From Eledone cirrhosa (taxonomy: Eukaryota), in NCBI GenBank assembly GCA_964016885.1, contig OZ024741.1, positions 339,264,001 through 339,328,000 on the forward strand: a stretch of DNA of 64,000 bases. The letters are read 5' to 3'. Numbering within the stretch: the first letter of the stretch is position 1; every line of letters begins with the position of its first letter. Of the stretch, positions 55,506 through 64,000 are shown in pieces. A program made the position numbers and the translations under genes. A model generated the notes under the pieces. The model was not told where the DNA came from, ran no database searches, and was given only the letters and a program-made list of their open reading frames with translations.

Positions 55506-55964
55506 GAACAATAACAAAATCAAGTGATAATAAAACCATTACTCTGGCTTTAATGCATGCAGTCAAAGATCTCGCTACCAAAAAAACTGTCTGGTACTGT
55601 TCCTTAGAATTGTTTTCGCCTTGTCATGCCATTTATAACATGGTAATGTGTGTGTGTATATGTATGTGTGTGTATGAGTGTATATGTTTGTGTATGTGTG
55701 TATATGTGCTTGTGTATGTAAACATATGTATGTGCATTTTTTCCATCTTAATCATGTTACTTATAGGGTAGTAGTAGTAGTGTGTGTGTGTGTGTGTGTG
55801 TGCATGTGAGGAAGAGCAAGGTATGGTTTAAAAAGCCTTTATTTTCAATGTATATATGTGTGTATGTGTGTATGTGTGTGTGTGTATGTATGTATGTATA
55901 TGATTTGGAAAAACATGAACCATGTATTAATGGATTTGTTTGTGTGCATGCATGAATGTGTGTG

Positions 55965-56041
<77 letters not shown>

Positions 56042-57563
56042 CATACATATACATATATATATGTGTGTGTGTATGTATGTGTGTTAACACCAAAAGTAAC
56101 CTTGTTTTCCTTGAATGTGTTTTGTATGTATGTATATATGTTGTACATGTGTGTATGTATATAAAGAATGTTGAGAAAGTGTAGCCTATATATGTGTATG
56201 TGTGTTTGAATGTGTATGTTGATTCTACACAGAATCTGACCAAAACTGCAGAGACTTGAAGTCGGCTTTACTTTTAATTTATACATCATCTTCACAAATG
56301 GCCTCATTTATAAAATGTCTTACATCGATGCTGTCTTAACTTTCTTAACTTATTTTCCCATTTTTTTCTTTCTCTTTTTAACTTGTTTCACTTTCACTAT
56401 TGTTATTTTACATTAATTTTCAATCTCTCTCCTCTTTCTTTCGCTCTCTCAACCCCACTCTCTCTTTCTCCTTTCTCCTTGTAAGGCAAAATGTCTTACA
56501 TCCACGTCGTCTTAACTTTTTAATTGTTGTTTCTTTTGCTATTCCCTCTCCTTCTCTCTCTCTCCCTTTACTTCTCTGTCTCTCCCCCCTTTACTTCTCA
56601 GTTTTTTCTCTCCTTTATTTACATACACGTAGTCTTTACTTTCAGTATTCTTATTCTACTTTCATTTTCAACCTCTTTCCTCTCCTCTCCCCTCCCTCTA
56701 TCTCTAACCCTTTATCTTTCACCTCCCTCTATCTCTCTCCTCTCACCGCCCCCATCTGTATATCTTTGTCTCTCATCTCTTCCGTTCTTTATCCCCCCCC
56801 CCCTCACCATTTACAAAATCTCATACATGCTGCGCCTGCCATTCTTACTGTAACTTTCATTCTCTTCATCTTAACTTGTTGTTGTTATTGTTTCACTTTC
56901 AGTTTCAATCTCTCTCCACCCCCTTTTCTCCTTTTACTCCTCCTCCTCTCTTTTTCTTTTTCTCTCTCTCCCCTCTCTTTCTCTTTTTCTCTCCCTCCTC
57001 TCTCTTTCTCTTTTTCTCTCTCCCCTATCTTTTTCTCTCTCACCTCACTCTTTCTCTTTTTCTTCCCCTCTCTTTTCCTCTCCTTTTCTCCCCCCCCCTC
57101 CTTTCTTCATTTACAAACTGTCTTACATGCCATCTTTAATTTCTATTTTTTCTTTATAATTGTTGTAGTTTCACTTTCACATTGCTGTTTTACTTTCATT
57201 TTCAATCTCCCCCACCCTCTAACCTCCCCTACCCCACTTCTCACTCTAACTTCCACCCCCTCCATTCTTTCTATCTCCCCCAACCCTCCTCATTTTTTTT
57301 TCTTCTGTTACAAAATGTCTTACATAGCATCTTTTCTTTTTGGTTCCTTTCTTCTTAAACAATATCTTTTTTCACTATTGTTATTTCATTTTCAAGCTCT
57401 CTATTTTTCTGCCCATCTCCCTCCCTACCTTCCCACACACTCTACAACCCACATATCCTCCCATGCACCCACCTCTCTATTTATGAATGCAATGTTCCAG
57501 GCTGGCCTCGGACATAATGGCTAAAACAAATTAAAGATCTCTCTCTCTTTCTATCTCTTTATC

Positions 57564-57748
<185 letters not shown>

Positions 57749-58136
57749 GTACATATATGTGTGTGTGTGTGTGTGCATATATCTACCCATTTATTTTCCT
57801 GCCTATTTACCTGAGTAACTATTTATTTATCTATCTGTCTGTCTGTCCTTCCATCTATTTCCCTGGCCGTTTCTCTCACACTTTTGCTCCCTATCTATCT
57901 TCCATTCTTATCTTTAGAATTCTTATTCCAATCAAACAGTTCACATTGCACAGATACTTGAAACCAAACCTAAGTAAGACACTACCACCTAGCTTAGCTG
58001 CATGTTAACACTAGAAGCTGCATGCTGGATTAAAAGTTCTGTGATATTTGTGAGTGTGTGTGTGATATGTGTGTATGTGTGTGTGCATGTATGTGTGTGT
58101 GATATATGTACATCTAAAATGTGTTCATATATATAT

Positions 58137-58780
58137 ATCATAGACATGGTTGATAGTTTTTGCTACCTAAGTGATGATATAATTAGCAATGGAGAAAGGT
58201 GCTCTGAGAGCATAGTAGCTAGAGTAAGGACAAGATGGAAGAAGTTTAGGGAACTGTTAACTCTGTTGACAACAAAAGATTTCTTCCTATGAATGAAGGG
58301 TTAGCTGTATGAGGCCTGTGTGCAAGATGCCATGCTGCATGGTAGAGACATGGGCAATGAATGCAGAGGACATGCAAAGGTTGGTATGAAATGAGGCAAG
58401 CATGCTTCTGTGGATGTGCAATATTAATGTGTGAGGATGTCAATGCATGGAGGACCTGAAAGAGAAACTGGGTATAACACGAATCAGAGTAGTGTGCAGA
58501 AGAGGAGACTGCATTAGTAACGACATGTGATGCAGCGCATAGATGATGATTGATGGATGAAGAAGTGCCAAATAATCCCTGTGAAAGGTTGCAGTAGAGG
58601 AAAACCAAGGAAGACATGGGCAGAGGTGATGAGAGCTGTTCTCAAATTACAGAATCTCACTGAGGAGATGACAAAGGGGTGTGTGTGACAAATGGAGAGA
58701 TACTGTGCTGAGAAGGTCCTGCCCATGCAAGCATGGAAGAACGGACATAAAATAATAAAATGATGATAATGATAATGATA
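58137..58780 (+). mobile_element. RTE-type LINE 3' fragment
   Basis: VDSFCYLSD..ESIVARVRTRWKKFRELL, AMLHGRD, GKPRKTWAEV, then the family 3' end and a (GAT)n tail. Confidence 0.85.
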
Positions 58781-59250
58781 AGTAGATAGATATGTAGATG
58801 ACCACCATTGTTGTTTAACTTCTGATTTCCCTGCTAGCAAGGGTTACAGAGGATGTCATAGACTGTGTCAATACTTAATCAGAGTTGCTGATGTTTCAGA
58901 CAGGCTGAGAACCACATCTTACTTACATACATTAATGCACTCAACAGGGTGAACCAAGTGCATTTTATAGTGGCACCAACATTAGGGAGGTTATCATGTC
59001 TTTGAAACAGCTCAAGTGTCGTTCTGACCCTTTGTTTTGCAAGTTTTCTATGGCTGGATGTCCTTCTTATCACTAACCAGTTTACTGAGTGTACTGGGTA
59101 CGTTTTGTCACCAACACTCGAGTTATGCCTCATCTCTTTCTTCTCACACATTCAATAAATTCTCTCATTTTCAGAAGATCCTGCTATGGGCGAAAGCAGC
59201 GATTCTTTGCTTAAACTTTAATCTGTTATTATAATAAATATTTGCTCTAT

Positions 59251-59322
<72 letters not shown>

Positions 59323-59430
59323 CTTTCACCGTATTTTTGACTAAAGGAATTTTAGCCTGATAATGGAGTTTAGAACCCTCAGATAAATGTAAACCCTCTT
59401 CGAATTTTAGTCTTCACATTTATTATTACT

Positions 59431-59636
59431 ATTGGCAGTATCGGTGGAGGGTCGGACGCCATGCTTTGCAGCATAGAGTTAAGGCCCTTTATGATCTGAG
59501 TTCAAATCCTGCCGAGGTTAACTTTTCCTTTCATCCTTACGGGGTCGATAAAATATAGTACCAGACACGCACTGGGGTCGATTTAATCGACTTTCCCCTC
59601 CCCCAAAATTGGTGGCCTTGTGCCTATATAAGAAAC
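59431..59636 (+). mobile_element. SINE A, near full length
   Basis: Matches the family consensus. Confidence 0.92.
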
Positions 59637-60185
59637 CACTATATATATAAGATACCATCCAGTTCCACACTGTAAATGTGGTTGGTGTTAGGAAGGGCAT
59701 CCAGCTGTAAAATACTCAGCCAAATGTTCAGTCTTCATCAGAGAAAGGTATGGTGTGGCCAACTCTGACCAGACTTGCCTCCCAATGTGGACGATCTGTC
59801 TAACCCATGCAAGAATGGAAAAATGGACGCCAAATGGTGATGATGATGATGATAGTTATATACATAGGTATATTTTGAGAGGCTGTACAAGCACAAAGAT
59901 ATGTTTTGTATGTGTATGTGAGTTCATATATATATATACATTATATGTATGTAAATGTGTGTGTATATATATATATATATAAATATGTATGTATACATGT
60001 GTGTGTGTATGTATGTATGTATGTATACATATATATATATATGTGTGTGTGTATATGTATGTATACATGTGTGTGTGTGTATGTATACATATGCATGTAT
60101 ACATGTGTGTGTGTATGTATGCATACATATGCATGAAGACAGTGTTATATATATATATATATATATATATACATGCATACATATA

Positions 60186-60256
<71 letters not shown>

Positions 60257-60478
60257 AAGTGAGTCCTTCATCAGTGACCCTCCAACCGTCCCAGGCATTT
60301 CATCGCTTTAAAGGCCATATACCTCAGGTTGGTGCGAACAACGGCTAAAAAAAGTCGTTGGGACACGTAAATAAAGAGAACGTTAGGGTGAACAAACAAA
60401 ATGGTTTAAGCAACAGAAAGTGAGAAGAAAGAGACAAGTCCCAGATTTCTATGAATATAAACTCGATAAAATCGTGAT

Positions 60479-60543
<65 letters not shown>

Positions 60544-60580
60544 TAACAAAATATACGGTAGTGTCCAATTATTGTGTCAT

Positions 60581-60710
60581 ATTATTTCTGAAGACAGCAT
60601 ATATATGTGTAAGTATGTATATTCCCTCTGATAGTTTTGAAAATTTTTACATAGATCTATATGATATACATACCAACACACACATATCCTAGAAACGATC
60701 GTAAAATGAT
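60581..60710 (+). ncRNA. Type I hammerhead ribozyme, complete core, long stem II with mismatches
   Basis: ATTATTT CTGAAGA CAGCATATATATGTGT..ACACACACATATCCTA GAAA CGATCG T A AAATGAT; 7-bp stem I, palindromic stem III ACGATCGT, GUA triplet. Confidence 0.75.
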
Positions 60711-60763
60711 CAATTTTTTAATATAAGGAACTGTTTCTTTGTTTTTATTCATTGTTTTTATTA

Positions 60764-60828
<65 letters not shown>

Positions 60829-60959
60829 CATTGTCTCCAGAATGCCCCCTTCCTTCCATTACATGAAACAATCTCTGTGATGTACAGCAATTTGGAGTCT
60901 TACAATTCTTAAATCAGCTTTGTTAAAAAACATCCTTATCAGTATCTCCATCAGCACCA

Positions 60960-61481
60960 CAATCATCATCACCATTATCACCACCACCACCACATCACCA
61001 CCACCACCATCACTAACACCACCACTACCGTCATCACCACCACCACCACCACCACCACCACCATCACCACCACTACCATCACCACCACTACCATCATCAC
61101 CACCACCACCACCATCACCACCACTACCATCATCAACACCACACCATCACCATCATCATCACCACCACCATCACCACCACCACCATCATCATCACCACCA
61201 CTACCATCACCACCACCACCACCATCACCATCATCACCACCACCACCACCACCATCACTAACACCACCACTGCCGTCATCATCACCACCACCACCATCAC
61301 TACCACTACCATCATCACCACCATCACCACCATCACCATCACCACCACTACCATCACCACCTCTACCATCACCACCACCACCATCATTTTTATCACCATT
61401 TTATCCATCACCACCACCACCATCATCACCATTTTTATCACCATCATCATCACCATCATCATCACCATCATCATCATCACC

Positions 61482-61533
<52 letters not shown>

Positions 61534-61550
61534 CCATCATCATCACCCAC
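60960..61550. repeat. (CAC/CAT)n compound repeat
   Basis: Direct reading. Confidence 0.95.
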
Positions 61551-61719
61551 CACAATGATTCTTATAGGAGTTTTTTAGTGTTTTAATGATAGGTGCTTCA
61601 TTTCTATCATGAAAAGTAATGTGAAATAAAGTGTCTTGCTCAAGAACTCAATGTACTGCCTGGTCCAAGAACCAAACACACAACTTTATGATTGTGGGTG
61701 AAGCCACCTAATAGTAATG

Positions 61720-62475
61720 GTGATGGTGGTGGTGTGGGAGGTGGTGATGATGGTGGGGATGAGGGTAGTGGTGTGGGTGTTGATGATGAGGGTGGCGGTG
61801 TGGGAGGTGGTGAGGGTAGTGGTAGGGGTGTTGATGATGAGGGTGGCAGTGGTGGTGTGGGAGGTGGTGATGATGGTGGGGGTGTTGATGATGAGGGTCG
61901 CAGTGGTGGTGTGGGAGGTGGTGATGATGGTGGGGGTGAGGGTAGTGGTGGGGTGTTGATGATGAGGGTGGCAGTGGTGGTGTGGGAGGTGGTGATGATG
62001 GTGGGGGTGAGGGTAGTGGTGGGGTGTTGATGATGAGGGTGGCAGTGGTGGTGTGGGAGGTGGTGATGATGGTGGGGGTGAGGGTAGTGGTGGGGTGTTG
62101 ATGATGAGGGTGGCAGTGGTGGTGTGGGAGGTGGTGATGATGGTGGGGGTGAGGGTAGTGGTGGGGTGTTGATGATGAGGGTGGCAGTGGTGGTGTGGGA
62201 GGTGGTGATGATGGTGGGGGTGAGGGTAGTGGTGGGGTGTTGATGATGAGGGTGGCAGTGGTGGTGTGGGAGGTGGTGATGATGGTGGGGGTGAGGGTAG
62301 TGGTGGGGTGTTGATGATGAGGGTGGCAGTGGTGGTGTGGGAGGTGGTGATGATGGTGGGGGGTGAGGGTAGTGGTGGGGTGTTGATGATGAGGGTGGCG
62401 GTAATGGTGTGGGAGGTGGTGATGGTGGTGGCGGTCAGGGTAGTGGTGGGGGTGTTGATGATGAGGGTGGCGGTG
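61720..62475. repeat. G-rich 71-bp minisatellite
   Basis: TGATGAGGGTGGCAGT at 62031, 62102, 62173 and onward. Confidence 0.92.
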
Positions 62476-63267
62476 GTGTTGGTGTGAGTGATGATGGTGG
62501 TGGTGATGGTGGTGATGGTGGTGGTGGTGGTGTGGGTGGTGGTGGGGATGACGGTAGTGGCGGCAGTGATTATGAGGGTGGTGATGATGGTGGTGGTGGT
62601 GTTAGTGTGGGTGATGACGACGATGATAATGATGATGATGGTGGTGATGTGGATGCCTGTGGTATGCGTGGTGAGGGTGGGGGCGGTGTAGGTGGTGATG
62701 ATGAGAGTGCTGGTGATGGTGATGAGGGTGGTGATGGTGATGAGGATGCTGGTGATGGTGATGAGGATGAGGGTGATGGTGATGAGGGTGGTGATGGTGA
62801 GGATGGGGGTGGTGGTGATGAGGGTGGTGATGCGATGAGGGTGGTGGTGATGGTGGAGTGGATTTTGATAAAGAAAATGTTGATGATTTTAATGATGATA
62901 ATGATAGTGATGGCAGTGGTGATGATGATGAGGAGGTTGAAGATGATGAGGAGGATGATGTGAAGATGAGAAGGATGTTGTGGCTCAAGATGACAATGAT
63001 GATAAAGAGAATGGTGATGATGATGATGATAATGAATAGATGCTGATGATGAGGAAGGGATGATGATTAATAATGAGGAAAAGATGATGATGATGATAAT
63101 GAGGAAGTGACGAGGAAGAAGAGATAATGATGAAGAGGAGGAAGAGATAATGATGAAGAAATGGTGATGATGAGGAAGGAACGATGAGGAAGACTTGATA
63201 ATGATGGGGATGATGATGATGATGGTGGTGATGGTGGTGGTGATGATGATGATGATGGTGGTGGTGA

Positions 63268-63299
<32 letters not shown>

Positions 63300-63402
63300 A
63301 TGATGATGATGATGATGATGGTGGTGATGATGATGATGATGATGGTGGTGGTGATGATGATGATGATGATGGTGGTGGTGATGATGATGATGATGGTGGT
63401 GG

Positions 63403-63470
<68 letters not shown>

Positions 63471-63545
63471 TTAGTGATGAGGGGGAGGAGAAGAAAGATG
63501 ATGATGTATATGCTGTTGATGACAATGATGACAACAAAGATAATG
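62476..63545. repeat. (GAT/GGT)n low-complexity tract
   Basis: Direct reading. Confidence 0.9.
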
Positions 63546-63559
63546 ATTTATCTAATATG

Positions 63560-63613
<54 letters not shown>

Positions 63614-63718
63614 GTATACATTCATATATATAAATAAATATATGTATATGTGTGCGTGTATACACATCCATATATATATATGTACACATTCATATATATA
63701 TGTATGTATAATTAATAT

Positions 63719-63777
<59 letters not shown>

Positions 63778-63885
63778 CATAAATACATATATATATACAT
63801 ATATAATGTATGTATATATATGTAATGTGCGCCAATGTTGTATGTATGTGTTTGAGTGTGTGTATGTATGTATAATTTATATATA

Positions 63886-63929
<44 letters not shown>

Positions 63930-64000
63930 GTATATATAATATATGTATATATAATATATATATATATAATATATGTATATATAATGTGTGATAATGTAAT

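Noticed and set aside
54850-55771. Mucin-like Thr-rich or Pro/Gln-rich exon after a polypyrimidine tract
   Set aside because: Low complexity, ambiguous frame and no partner exons; cannot be supported without transcripts
62409-63046. Gly/Asp-rich acidic ORFs
   Set aside because: Products of GAT/GGT simple repeats with frame breaks

Overview
AT-rich eukaryotic DNA with very dense microsatellites and no host gene I can support; the repeat families resemble those of octopus genomes (inference). Nearly every ORF in the supplied track is an artefact of simple repeats. Supported content: a full-length but inactivated Tc1 (DD34E) transposon with ~204-bp IR/DR terminal inverted repeats (39763-41344); several RTE-type LINE fragments, one with an internal 137-bp triplication and an inverted RT segment; many tRNA-derived SINEs, including head-to-tail arrays; MITEs; an 8.9-kb 36-bp satellite with higher-order structure; several minisatellites; and a 200-N gap. 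The most notable signal is a set of type I hammerhead ribozymes read from the sequence. Three have a complete catalytic core (13853-13917 minus, 53297-53407 plus, 60581-60710 plus), two of them with very long branched stem II inserts. There are also decayed copies and three fold-back palindromes built from hammerhead 3' halves. Most lie in short elements of unrelated sequence that share the layout hammerhead / TATTGAGTAC motif / (TA)n, which suggests several non-autonomous Penelope-like or retrozyme-like families inserting into TA microsatellites. All structures were paired by eye; no folding program or database search was run.
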